In this document: positions 24,509 to 37,144 of the stretch, piece after piece
Position numbering within the stretch: position 1 is the stretch's first letter
Layout: each line of letters opens with the position of its first letter
DNA from: Eledone cirrhosa
Taxonomy: Eukaryota
Direction: 5' to 3'
NCBI GenBank assembly: GCA_964016885.1
Contig: OZ024743.1
Span: 26,970,001 to 27,034,000, forward strand
Length of the DNA stretch: 64,000 nucleotides
Program-made: the position numbers and the translations under genes
The notes under the pieces: model-generated
Database searches by the model: none
Told to the model about the DNA's origin: nothing
The model's input: the letters and a program-made list of their open reading frames with translations, nothing else

Positions 24509-25122
24509 AACTACAGACTTTCCTACTGCCTCTCCCTGAACATACACCCCATCATTGAAATGTCACCAGATATATGTGACAGCACGGAGGACCTCCTCAG
24601 CAGAATCAGCGAAAGTAACCGATCTAGGGACCTAACAAACTGTATAATAGGTAGTATGGATGTTGTGTCCCTATATCCATCCATTGACGTGGATTTTGCT
24701 GTGGAGAAATGCGTAGAAATGATCAGTGAGAGCAATGTTGAATTCCGTGGGATTGATACAGTGAGCTGGGACTCTTACTTAAACTTATCTATAGTAATGA
24801 TTATCTAGATACATATGACCTTAGCAACCTGTGCCCTACAAGACCAGCAAGAGGCAGACCACTTACCATTACCTCAATGGCCAAGAAAACCCACACAGAT
24901 AGATGGAATGGGTGGCCCAAAGCCATACGGACCCCCGAAAACCACGATGAACTAAAGAAAATGATATGCACATGCGGTGGGGGCCAGTATAAAATTAACC
25001 CTTAAGGAACATATGTTCAAATTTAATGGAAAAACATATGCCCAAGAGGAGGGAGCAGCCATTGGTGTTAGCATTGCAGGTGACATAGCTAACCTATTCA
25101 TGGTATGGTGGGACAATAGACT
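24509..25122 (+). mobile_element. Penelope-like element RT fragment
   Basis: GSMDVVSLYPSID and FKFNGKTYAQEEGAAIGVSIAGDIANLFMVWWD match PLE RT motifs. Confidence 0.8.
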
Positions 25123-25124
25123 TA

Positions 25125-25512
25125 AACTCTCAAAGGTGATGACACAGGACCGTGACCTCTGGCGTCACGCAGTAATACAAAAGACCCGACCCCTCATGGG
25201 TACAAGCCGAAGCTGAAGCATATAGACAATATGTCCCCAGACCCTCCCACTGCAAAGTGGTCGTAGAGGTGCCACGGCAAAAAAGCACCCAGCCCACACT
25301 GTAAAGTGGACGTGTAGGGGCCACGGAAAAAAGCAGCCAGCACTCACTGTAAATGAGGTTGGTGTTAGGAAGGGCATCCAGCTGTAGAAATCAAGCCAGA
25401 ATCAGTTCCCGTATAAACAAGGCATGGTCAGCCGACCAGACACTGCCCACAACAGGACAACCCGTCTAACCCATGCTAGCATGGAAGAACGGACGTAAAA
25501 CAGTGATGATGA
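25125..25512 (+). mobile_element. RTE-clade LINE 3' end, family 1 (long 3' UTR)
   Basis: Last codons (MTQDRDLWRHAVI), UTR and stem-loop tail match 26971-27955 and 63303-63855. Confidence 0.85.
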
Positions 25513-26249
25513 TATATATATATATATATATATATATAAATGAGTGTGTGTGTATGTGTGTGCATACAAATATACCCACATTCTTTTGACTGAAGCCAGT
25601 AAAAGAATACATGAGAACAAACATAATATTAGTTTCTAACATAGCCCCAATGCTTCAGCTCATTAGAAAGAAATATAAAATTGCATGATTTTGAGGCTTT
25701 TCTCAATGTATTAGCCACAGAGGAGAAGTGTAATGGCTACCAGTAGTATTATAAACTGTGATATAGAATTTTTTCTTCAGAGTTTTTACCCTTTGAAGCT
25801 TACTTATCCATTAGATTTAACGAGGGTATGAAGACATCTTGTGACAGATAATAGTAAAGAGAATCATTGTGATTATCCCCACATGATAAACAATTGGAAT
25901 GTAAAGCCAGCAGGAAAATCTCTACATGGTCATTTGAAATGCTAGAAATAGAAACCAAATCTCACTCAAATGACACATTACCTCTTACTCAAATCTCACC
26001 TCAAATGTTGACCTTGTCAGTGAATTTGGTAGACAGATACTGTAAGGAAACATATTGTGTGTGTGTGTGTATATATACAGTAAGACAACTTCCCTAGTGC
26101 TGGTGGCACGAATAAAATCACCCAGTCCATGCTGTAAAAATGGAGGGATGGATAGGGCCCCTGAGTCCAGTAGGATGACCTCTCTACTGTTGGTGGCACG
26201 AATAAAAGCACCCAGTCTATGCTGTAAAGTGGTGCTGGTGTTAGGAAGG

Positions 26250-26845
26250 TGATCAGATTAGCATGGGAGGGGGGTGTTCCGAGGCCATAGTATCTAGAAT
26301 AAGGACGGGCTGGAAGAAGTTTAGGGAGCTGCTTCCTCTGCTTATGAAGAAGGGTTTCTCTCTGCAAATGAAAGGCCGGTTATATGATGCCTGTGTGAGG
26401 TGCGCGATGCTGCATGGTAGTGAGACATGGGCAGCAACTGCAGAGGATATGCGACGGCTGGAGAGAAATGAGGCAAGCATGCTCCGTTGGATGTACAATG
26501 TCAATGTGTGTGAACGGCCGAGCATGGATGTGTTGAGAAAGAAACTGTGTTTAAGAGAGATAAGTTGTAGTGTGTGGGAGAGAAGACTGCGATGGTATGG
26601 ACATGTGATGCGCATGGAGGATGACCGCTGGGTAAAGAAGTGCCAAGAAATGCCAGTTGAAGGAAGATATAGTAGCGAAAGACCACGAAAAACATGGGCG
26701 GAGGTGGTGAGAGCAGACCTCAGATTGCTGAAGCTCACGGTGGAGATGATGAAGAACTGTGACAAGTGGAGAGATGCTGTGCTGAATAGGACCCGTCCCA
26801 CCCTTGCAAGAAGGGAAAAGCAGACGTAAAATGATGATGATGATC
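26250..26845 (+). mobile_element. RTE-clade LINE 3' fragment, family 2 (ORF runs into the tail)
   Basis: GWKKFREL, KGRLYDACVR.AMLHGSETW, RRLRWYGHV, RPRKTW; ends CCCTTGCAAGAAGGG...GACGTAAAATGATGATG. Confidence 0.88.
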
Positions 26846-26885
26846 ATAAATATACATATATATCATATATATACATATATGTATA

Positions 26886-26937
<52 letters not shown>

Positions 26938-26970
26938 TATACATATTTATATATATATATATACATATAT

Positions 26971-27955
26971 ATCATCATCATCATCACCGTTTTACGTCCG
27001 TTCTTCCACGCTAGCATGGGTTAGACGGGTTGTCCTGTTGTGTGCAGTGTCTGGTCGGATGACCATGCCTTGCTCATACAGGAACTGATCTGGCTTGATT
27101 TCTACAGCTGGATGCCCTTCCTAACACCAACCTCATTTACAGTGAGTGCTGGGTGCTTTTTCGTGGCGCCTACACGTCCACTTTACAGTGTGGGCTGGGT
27201 GCTTTTTTGCCGTGGCACCTCCACGACCACCTTGCGGTGGGGGGTGTGGGGGCATATTGTTTATATGCTTCAGCATGTACCCATGGGAGGTCGGGTACTC
27301 TGTATTACTGCGTGACGCCAGAAGTCACGGTCGTGTGTCATTGTCTTTGAGAGGTGTAATTGGGTAAGGTCGGCTTTTATCACCTCATCCCAGGTCATCT
27401 TGGGTCTCCCCACTCCGCGGTTTCCATCAACTTCTAGTGCTCTGCACCTTTTTATGCAGCTGTCATCCTTCATACGCATCACATGTCCATACCAGCGCAA
27501 CCGCCTCTCCTGCACACAGCATTTGATTCCTCTTATGCTCAGTCTCTCTCTCAATTCATTTATGCTTTGTCGTTCGCGTATATTACTGTTACACATCCAT
27601 CGGAGCATGCAGGCTTCGTTTCTCTCTAATCTACGTAAGTCTTCCACCTTCAGCGCCCAGGTCTCACTACCATGCAACATCGCTGTTCGGATACACGCAT
27701 CATACAGTCTGCCTTTCATTCTGAGGGAGAAGCCTTTTGCAGCTAGCAGTGGTAGTAGTTCCCTAAACTTCTTCCATCCCGTTCTTACCCTAGTTATTGT
27801 ACTTTCTGAACACCCACCTCCGTTGCTAATTCGGTCACCTAGGTAGCAGAAGCTGTCTACTGTTTCTACAGGGCCCTCCCAGAGATTGGTGGTACTTGTT
27901 TCCTGTGGCTGTTTGCTGCTTGCTGTTTCAGCACAGCTGCTGCATGTGAATCCTA
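26971..27955 (-). mobile_element. RTE-clade LINE 3' fragment, family 1
   Basis: Open frame FTCSSC...VDSFCYLGD...MLHGSETW...RRLRWYGHV...GRPKMTW, then 3' UTR and (ATG)n tail; flanked by (TA)n. Confidence 0.9.
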
Positions 27956-27956
27956 C

Positions 27957-28049
<93 letters not shown>

Positions 28050-28052
<3 letters not shown>

Positions 28053-28939
28053 GGTGCGGATGATAATTGTTCGCAAGATTACTGTCTAGGAAAAAGTAAC
28101 ACAGTAGTTTTAATTTTTAAGATATATTTATCAAACTTGGGTCAGTTTGTCTTCATGACTTGTTCTTTCGATCTAACTCGATAAACCCGCTATTGGCTTT
28201 GATGACGGCCTCAAGGCGGCCTCGGAACCGGCTACAGGCCTTTGTCACTGTCCCTCGACTTAGGCCCCTAAAGGCACTTGTGATCTTGGCCTTCAGATCG
28301 TCTTTCGTATTGCAGCTAGATATGTTGGTGTCTCGTTCCACTGTGCCCCACACAAAAAAGTCGAGGGGGTTGCAGTCAGGCGAGCTGGGAGGCCAGATGT
28401 CAGGTGACGTGTGGTCGACGAAGTTCTCTGACAGCCAGGCTTGGGTCTTTCGGCTGGTATGGCAGGGCGCTGAGTCTTGCTGCCACATGTATGGCCTACC
28501 TGCAGCTACCTGGTCGATCCAGGGCTTTACTACCTCACTCAGAACGCAGATGTACCCATCGGTGTTCAGCTTGAGGCCCTCAGGGAAGAAGTGAGGTGGT
28601 ATGATGTCACCTTGACTGCTGACGACACCTAAGACCAATGTTGTCGCTGGAAACTTTGTCTTCATGACGCTGGGCACGTCTTTGGATGAAACAGTGAGCC
28701 ACCTGTTGTTCTGGGAGTTGATCTTCTGGTCTTATTTATCCTTCCGGCGCGGATTCCAAAAAGAAATCCATGTCTCTTCCACAAATTTGGAGGTTCAAAA
28801 ATTATTCTTAATCAATTATTCTGAAAATAAATAATGGAAATATAGTCACTGTTTTTATGAAGACAAGAGTGACAACGGAAGTAAAAACAATTTGCATAAA
28901 ATTAGCAGTTGAAAATTGCGAACAAATATCGTCCACACC

Positions 28940-28942
<3 letters not shown>
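28050..28942 (-). mobile_element. Tc1/mariner DD37D (maT-type) DNA transposon, internally deleted
   Basis: Imperfect TIRs CATGGTGCGGATGATAATTGTTCGCAA / CAGGGTGTGGACGATATTTGTTCGCAA, embedded in (TA)n. Transposase C-terminal half 28153-28677 (QQDSAPCH...WPPSSPDCNPLD) has 37 residues between the last two catalytic Asp. Confidence 0.9.
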
Positions 28943-29012
<70 letters not shown>

Positions 29013-29015
<3 letters not shown>

Positions 29016-29067
29016 CCACCCTTGCAAGCAGGGAAAAGCGGACGTAAAATGAAATGATGATGAATGA

Positions 29068-29070
<3 letters not shown>
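29013..29070 (+). mobile_element. Isolated RTE/SINE-B 3' tail inserted in (TA)n
   Basis: GTCCCACCCTTGCAAGCAGGGAAAAGCGGACGTAAAATG(ATG)n between two (TA)n tracts. Confidence 0.8.
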
Positions 29071-29125
<55 letters not shown>

Positions 29126-29428
29126 AGTATAATATTATGTATGTATGTACATATGTATATGTGTGTGTGTATGTGTGTGTGTGTGTTTGTGTGTGGGGTG
29201 AGGTGTGTGTGGGTGTATGTTTGTTTTTCCTCTTCACATTTGACATTGCAGGCAGTGGTATTTATATGTTCTGCTTAAACAATGATCCTACTCCTCAAGA
29301 ATTAGGCATATGAAGATCTATACTTTACTTGAAAGACAAGATATACTTGACATCAGGAAGGGTATCTAGCTACAGAGTTCTACCTTGAAATGTCTCCTCC
29401 AATTCATATTGAAAAATGTTTGTAAAAC

Positions 29429-29650
29429 TGATGATGATGATGATGATGATGATGACGATGATGATGATGATGATGATGATGAGGAGGAGGAGGAGGAGGA
29501 GAAGGAGGGAGAAGAGTAGTAGAAGTAGTAGTAGTGTTAGTAGTAGTAGTGTTAATAGTAGTAGTAGTAGGAGGAGGAGCAGGAATAAGAGTAGTAGTAG
29601 TAGGAGGAGGAGGGGGAGGAGGAATATGAGCAGTAGTAGTAGGAGGAGAG
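29429..29650. repeat. Compound (ATG)n/(GAG)n/(AGT)n microsatellite
   Basis: Read directly from the sequence. Confidence 0.9.
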
Positions 29651-30327
29651 AAGAAATTGTAAGAATATTCTACAAATTTATCTGATAAAATTCTTTGAAT
29701 ATTTTGTTTTATTTTAAACTAATGTACATCAATTTTCTACATTACATGGGAGGTGGAGTTAGCAACTGTTTGGGAGATCCTATTGCATTGCTAGCCATCT
29801 AACTGTAAAGTAGGAGTGTTCATCTGACTGCTCACATCAACTAAACTATGTAAGCAGAGTTACCATCTGTGTTCAGCGCAATTTACATTGTAAAATTCAA
29901 ACTTGTGCAATTCGTCAATCATATACTACCTTAAACCTCTTACAAATGCATTCCAATGAAATACACTGTATTTTAATTAAATAACTCTTAACATCTTACA
30001 ATAATTTAGCAGAAAATGTTGTGGGTTTGTTAATTCAAATGGTTATAATGTCTTCACTATTGGCAAAAAATTGTAGTGAAAATGTGCAATATCAAAGTAA
30101 AGACTATAATTTTTAATATGATGAAGTCACAATGATATATATTTTTCAAGAATGTTCCACTAATGTTTCATGTCATACAGAATATTACTGAGTTAATGAA
30201 ACACTTGGAGGGAATTATTACATTTTTTAATTGTTTCATTATCAAGAGAGTATTTGTAGTGCAATTAAACAAAAGATTCTTGTATAAAATTCTATTAGAA
30301 AATTTTAATTTAAATAGGAACCTTTAA

Positions 30328-30553
30328 CCCTTCTGTTACTGTATTTTTTAATAGAAGACACTGCCAATAATTTTCAAATGATTTTGAAAATAATCAAGAA
30401 TTTGGAGGGATTTAGTGATATAACTAGCTTTCTTATTATTTGGAACATAAGGGTTTTACATAAAATTATAATGGAAGGTCTTTAGATAATACAAACATTC
30501 AAAAATGAACAGTTTTGTACCATACAACCAGAGGCAGGTTGGTATCAAAAGAG
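30328..30553. mobile_element. piggyBac-type MITE, family 2 (degenerate)
   Basis: TTAA-CCCTTCTGTTAC...GTATCAAAAGAG-TTAA; related partial copy at about 56690-56936 ending GGTATCAAAAAGGTTAA. Confidence 0.55.
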
Positions 30554-32369
30554 TTAATTTTACAGCCAATTTAAATCAACATGATCAGATCATCTATAAG
30601 CAAGTTATATTATTATTACTGCTGTAATAGAAAGTTTAGTGAGAGCTATGTTCAAGAGGATTCAATGAATCAAAGTTCCTATCAATGCCATTCTGAAAAG
30701 TTCCTTGTTCTTTTCTTTGTTTTGTTTTTGTTTTTGTTTTTGTGTATTTTGCATGCATAAAAACTGATGAGACAGAGACATCACTCTGTAATACTGCAGT
30801 TGACATGAAATAAAAATCACAAAAACAAGATGCTTCATCATAGAAGTACATCTTAGTACATGACAAACGTCACAGGATAAATGAACAACTTCAGCACAGT
30901 CCACTATATACTTGAACATGTCTTCATTCATCAAAGAGTTCTGTATTGGTCATTATAGAATCAAGGCAGCTTCAATTCCAGAAATTATTGTCTGATTATA
31001 AGACATGTAATTCAAAATGTTCTTTTCTATAATTCTGTTTTATTTAAGTTTTAGATGCAGGTAGGACTGTGTGGTTAAGAAGTTTGCTTCAAAACAATTT
31101 GATTCCATGTTCAACTTCACTGCACATCACCTGGGGAAAATGCCTTCTACTATAGTCTCAGGCTGATCAATACCTTGTGAGTGGAATTGCATATATATTC
31201 ATACATGTCATCATCATCATCAGCATTTAATGTTTATTTTTCATGCTTGCATAGGTTAGACAGCTGTCAAGTGCTGTAGCCTGACCAGGCAGGTGACTAG
31301 GCCCAGCTCATACACTTTGTTTTGGCTTGGTTTCTACAACTGGATGCCCCTGCTAATGCCAACCACTTTACAGCATGTACTAGGATAATGTTTTCTACAG
31401 CGGGATGCCCCTCCTATCAACAACTACTTTACAGCATGTATTGGGAGCATGGTTTCTAAGGTTGGATACCCTTTGTCCCTTTGTAACACCAACCAATTTA
31501 CAGCATGTACTAAGAATAGTTTATCATGATTCTCCCACTGCCACTTTTGTAAGGTTGCCTGAGGGCTTTTTCTTGTGGCACCAGCACTACCACATTATAG
31601 GATGAACTGGGTACTTTTCTTTGTGGCACCAGCACTAGCACCTTACAGGGTGCACCTTACATGGCACCAGCACCATCTCAGGAAGCATTGGTTGGGGTTG
31701 GGGCTAAGGTACAGACATTACACTGCTAGAGGGAGGGTGGTAGTGATAACCTTGAAATGTATGATGGCTGACATATAATGGGGTGTACCTGGTTTCCTTT
31801 GATTGTATAAAATAGTTGTTTATATACTGCTTGGAGTAATTGGGTGGGTTATATCTGTCATTTTGTGGTTGCTGGGTTTCCCTGGAAAGTGTTGGGGGAG
31901 GGGTGCAAGAATTCAGCATGGGTTGGATGAAGAGGTCAGGGTGTACTAGCAAGCAAGGGCCTGAGAGTTGTACTATCTCTCTACTTATTTTTATTTAGGG
32001 CAGAGAAGGGGATCAGGCGTATGTTGGCAGGGAATTCAGGATTTTACTGGCAGGTGAGGGTAGGATCTTAGTGTTATATCACCTCATGGTATCTTTGGGA
32101 TTAGGGTGGAGGGAGGTATGTGGTTTGCTATTCTTTTTGTGTTGCTTCATTCCACTTGATTAGGAAGGCAAGTTCTCTGTATTACGGAATATGACTAGTT
32201 TTCTCAATTCTGGGACATCTTCTTTGTGAGATTCAGCTGCATGACATTGGCCTTCACCAAATCATCCACATTTTCATAGGCCTACTCCTTCCAAGGGTTC
32301 CTTTGTGTTTGAGTGCTCTGAATTTCTATATGCAGATGTCATCCTTCATATATATATATATATATATAC

Positions 32370-33130
32370 ACAAAGTGTTAAAACGATCACATTTTAGTTT
32401 AGAACATTTATTTGCTGACGATTATTTTTCCAGAGGGAAGTCTGGAATCATCGGAGTATAGGGAATGTCGAAACATGTGACTAAAATCATAGTCATTCAG
32501 AACATTTAGGGTACATAATTGTTGTTAGTGTGATAGACATCATGTAGAGAGTCAGGAGTTAAAAAGATGTTATGCTTGAGAGAACACAATTACAGGCAGC
32601 ACTGGCTGAAAGTGTAAGAGGTATAAGCAAAAAGTACCAGCAAAAAAGTTATAAGCAAGGAAAGTTGGTGGACAATGCAGGAGTCAATACAGTCAATAAG
32701 GCATGTATGAGGGAAGAGTTATAATGCAGTTGAAATAAACATATTTTGTGTGGGTGTTAAAGCATGTTATAATTGTTATAAATGTTTAAGATAGTGTGCA
32801 ATTTGTTAGAGAGGCATGTGGTAATAATGTAGGTATTTGTTATGTGAGGTGTAATGCAAAGCACGTAATAGAGTTGGATAGGTGATTTTCATTCAAGTGT
32901 TTTTGTGTTGTAGTTCGTATGTATGTGTATGTGTTGATTGTAACTCACAGCTATTAACCATGGGATTATTTTGAGTCGTTTATAGTCAATAGGTGTTTGT
33001 TTGTTAAATGTAAATTCCACCGAATTACTGGCCATGTTATTATTGTAGGTATATTATCTTATGTATTTTTTATCTACAAATTATCTTTTCTAGGATTTGT
33101 ATTAACCGTTATTAAGTTGTTGGTAAACCG
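32370..33130 (-). mobile_element. Probable Penelope-like 3' end/pLTR remnant
   Basis: Bounded by (TA)n. Degenerate hammerhead at 32414-32457 followed by AATAAA and TGTTCTAA, the same layout as at 41650-41720. Confidence 0.4.
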
Positions 33131-33150
33131 TTAGGTTGCTTAATAATAAT

Positions 33151-33190
<40 letters not shown>

Positions 33191-33510
33191 GGAACTACAG
33201 TCTAATGACCAAACCCAGGAAAACAAAAATATACATTTTTTAAAAAAGAAAAAAAAAACGAATCAAAACTGAAAACTGGTTAATCAGCCTCTACTCACTG
33301 GCAGTTTATTTCTACACTAGGGGACTAGCATTATTGATTGAGATAAAATGATGTATCCCGTTAACTAGCAGAGCTTTGAGATATTCTTTGTATTTTGTTA
33401 TCATTAAGACATTAAGATAAGACTTAAAGCTATGTAGCACACTGAAGTGTATAGAGTCGTTGAATTTTTGTTTTAATTTTATTTGATAATTATTAGCAGT
33501 TAGCTCTTAA

Positions 33511-33729
33511 CCGTTTAATGTTCAAACCGGCCAAAACCGGCCAGAATTCTCTACCTTTTTCTGTTGAAACTGGCTGTAACTGGCCATTCAAACTGATGTT
33601 AAGGTATTGTTCTCAAAATAAATACTTTCAAAATCTCATAGATTCGATATTATGTGAGATATTATGTGAGATAAAGCCTTTACTATGAAAATATAATAGT
33701 ATATATAGAGTAATGTGAATGCTAAAGGG
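33511..33729. mobile_element. piggyBac-type MITE, family 1
   Basis: TTAA-CCGTTTAATGTT...AATGCTAAAGGG-TTAA; internal similarity to 8679-8899. Confidence 0.8.
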
Positions 33730-33746
33730 TTAAATCTTTGAATCCT

Positions 33747-33870
33747 CACAAGCATACACACACAAGCACACACACACACACAAGCATACACACACAAGCA
33801 TACACACACAAGCACACACACACAAGCATACATACACAAGCACACACACAAGCATACACACACAAGCATA
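33747..33870. repeat. (CACAAGCATACA)n-like minisatellite
   Basis: Read directly from the sequence. Confidence 0.85.
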
Positions 33871-35639
33871 CTCATCCACACATAGAAATATATACATCTG
33901 TATATGTTTGTAACCATGTCTTGTCTGCTTATTTTTGTGCTTATGCTCTAAAAATTTGCTTTCTATATATTTTGTTCCATAACTTAGTGGTTTGACAAAT
34001 GGGGATTGATAAAATAAGTAAAGGACTGAAATATGCATTGGGATTGATGTAAATAACTAAACCTTTGAAGGTGGTACCCTAGCATGCCTGAAGTCTAATT
34101 ACTCATAACTAGTAAAAGACCTTACTGAAATATGTGAATTTTGTTTTTAAGTAGAAAGTTGAGATTGAGTGATGCTCATGCTTTTCATAATGAAAACGGA
34201 TATTGATTGTTGTTGTTGTTGTTGTTTAGCCCTAGGTAAATTCTGATTAAGCATACCTATGATGAAAGATGTTCCAGCTGTGACCATCACATCTATTATT
34301 CCCACATAATTGTTTCTACTTTTGGCACAAGGTCAGCAATTATCCCAGTCCATTACTGGTACTTTATTTTATCGACCCCGTAAGGATGAAAGGTAAAGTT
34401 AACCTCGGCGGGATTTGAAAAGTATATTATTCACACATAATAAACCTTGGCCTACACTATCCTATATATCCTTTCTTTTTAAAGATAGTTGGGTGTTATT
34501 TGAAGGACATTTAGCTGCTAATTATAGCAGGTCTAGGAACCATATAAATCAAAGCTGGGCAAATTGAAAGAACTTCATGGGCAACATTTGGGCTGAGAGA
34601 AAAACTATTTTGGGGATATGAGTTTCTTAATGACTTCATTGGCAGGTGGTTTTATATTTGAATATGGACATGAGTGAAAGTTTCTTTATATCTGACATAG
34701 ATGTTCCCTTGTTAGCTCAATGAATATTGATTATTACATAAGCCTTCAGGATTTATATGTAACTATTAGCTTTGTTTGTTTTAGAATAAAGATCTTTTAA
34801 AATAATAAAACAGATATAATTGATTAATACTTATTTTATTGACCCTGGAGAAATGAAAGAGAAAATCAATAACAGGGATATTGAAACAGAAGGGTAAGGT
34901 ATTGAATTGGATACATAATTGATAACCACCATCATAATTATTTAATAGTTTCCCAGGTATATTTTCTTTTTAGCATATGTAGGATGATTTGTTGAAGCAA
35001 TTATTTTTTTACATTGAAACCTTGTTCCTGCCTCTAAACACTTGCTGCAAAGCTGGAGTGGTATATAAATTATGTGTTTTGCTAGCTAATCTGCATGAAA
35101 CAACTAGAAAACTGCTCCACAGAACAAGTTGCAACAGGAAATATAAAAAGATAAAATTTCTATGAAGGATGGTTTCTTTCTTGAGCTTAGAGGCTCATCA
35201 GACTGGAGCTTATTATGGTTTCCTATGGTGATAAACAATTGAGGGGACAAGACCTGCAATGCAAATTGCTTTCAAATACTAGGAGTATGCTAATATCCAT
35301 GAAGTGAAATTTAGGAAAGAGGGTGGTAGATACTTTAAGATTTCTCTCAATAAATTACCAGTGTGTGTACCTGGTTTCAAATAGATACATTGTATTCCTG
35401 CATATCCTACATAAGAAATGACTAAAAGGGTTGGTACCAGAATGTGAATCTGCGTGTAAAACTGTGCCTCAAAAAGCAGTCCATGGCTTGGGGTCCACAA
35501 GGCCAACAAATGCTTTAGCTGAGAAAATGGCCTTAAAATGCTTATTGTGTGTATATTTTTCTTTGCAGATGCTGCTTGGATTCAGTAGCATCAATTGATG
35601 AGTGTTAGAGAGGTAACTATACTGGTATGGATATATAAT

Positions 35640-35972
35640 GGCTTCTGATTTAGGCACAAGGCCAGCAATTTTGGGGGAGGGGGGAAATCGATTAAATCAA
35701 CCACTGTGCATTACTGGTACTTTATTTTATCAACCCCATGAGGATGGAAGGTAAAGCTAACTTCAGTGGGATTTAAACTCAGAATGTAAATATGAAGGTA
35801 TGGATATATAATTGTTTCTACTTTTGACATGAGTGTATTACTGGTACTTTATTTTATCGACCCCAAAAGGATGAAAGGCAAAGTTAACCTCGGCGAGATT
35901 TGAAGTCAGACCTTAAAGGACCGTAACTCTATGCTGCAAAGCATGGCGTCCGACCCTCTACCGATACTGCCA
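35640..35972 (-). mobile_element. Two adjacent SINE family A copies
   Basis: Reverse complement of the family A body/head; another fragment at about 34310-34420. Confidence 0.8.
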
Positions 35973-36024
35973 AAATGTGAATAGATAAGATATACTGGAG
36001 GCACATGAATAGATAAGACATATT

Positions 36025-36352
36025 GGAGGCACATGGCTTAGTGGTTAGAGCATTGGCCTTGCAATCGAAAGGTTGTGAGTTCAATTCTCAGACCGGGTGA
36101 TGTGTTGTTTCCTTGAGCAAGACACTTTATTTCACATTGCTCCAGTTTACTCAGCTGTAGAAATGAGATGATAGGGACTGAGATCCCTATCATTCCACTG
36201 CAAAGTGGTCGTGGAGGTGCCACGGCAAAAAAGCACCCAGCACTCACTGTAAATGAGGTTGGTGTTAGGAAGGGCATCCAGCTGTAGAAATCAAACCAGA
36301 ATCAAGCAGGGAAAAGTGGACGTAAAATGAAATGATGATGATGAATGATGAT
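36025..36352 (+). mobile_element. SINE family B, complete (tRNA-like head, CORE/V-like body, RTE-type tail)
   Basis: A-box TGGCTTAGTGG, B-box GTTCAATTC, CCTTGAGCAAGACACTT body, segment shared with the RTE family 1 UTR, tail GCAGGGAAAAGTGGACGTAAAATG(ATG)n. Confidence 0.88.
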
Positions 36353-37144
36353 ACTGGATCTCACAGAAAAGATAACAGGATTAGGGCAAATTAACATATG
36401 TTATATTACAAACCTGTCCAACCAATGGCAGTTTTGAAATACTGATATCAAAATGATGATGATAATGATGATGACAGTGATGGTGGTGGGGGCGATGGTG
36501 GCAATGGGGGTGATGGTGGGTTGTAACGATGATGATGGTGTTGATAATAATGGTGTTGATAATGATGGTATTGATAATGATGATGTTGATAATGGTGGTG
36601 TTAATAATGATGATGTTGATAATGATGGTGTTGATAATGATGGTGATATGTATGCTGCTCAGAGATATTAAATCAAGATGACCACGCCACTTTTAGATTA
36701 CAATTTCCGCTAATATACTGCATTTGGTATTGTCCAGATTTGTGTCGTGAAATTTAATCTGACAACCATATTTCTTTTTGTATCATACAACTATTAGTAA
36801 TATTTTGTTCAGGAGTTTTAAGTCTAGTTGTGGGTATGGTTGTGGTAAGGTGTATGGTACTATGGTTGTACAATGATAGGATAAATAGTGGTGGGATAAC
36901 ACCAATTGTTGTCTTCTCTCTCCTTGAGTTATATTCTTGTTATTTTCCCTTCTCTGTAATCCCTTGCATTTTTGTGGTATTATTGCTGGGTGAGGAAATT
37001 AAACAACAAAAAAACAAACGTTAATCATTACCCCTCCCCCCTCCCATAACATCTAGGATGTTAGAAGAAATGAAAGGAAAAACACACATTTAAAAGGTGA
37101 TAATTTCTAGTTTTAATAATAATGATTTATTATTTTGATAATAA

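Noticed and set aside
29740-29830. MASNAIGS (Ig-domain-like) on the minus strand
   Set aside because: Preceded by in-frame stops, with no coherent upstream domain or splice sites.
30830-30960. CAEVVHLSCDVC, PHD-like peptide
   Set aside because: Ligand spacing is incomplete and the frame is surrounded by stops.
35165-35205. CTGATGAGCC...GAAAC on the minus strand
   Set aside because: No stem III or NUH site; resembles the SINE tail seen at about 55770.
36025-36100. tRNA-like sequence (also about 48876, 55527 and SINE A heads)
   Set aside because: A/B boxes are present but they run straight into SINE bodies; these are SINE heads, not tRNA genes.
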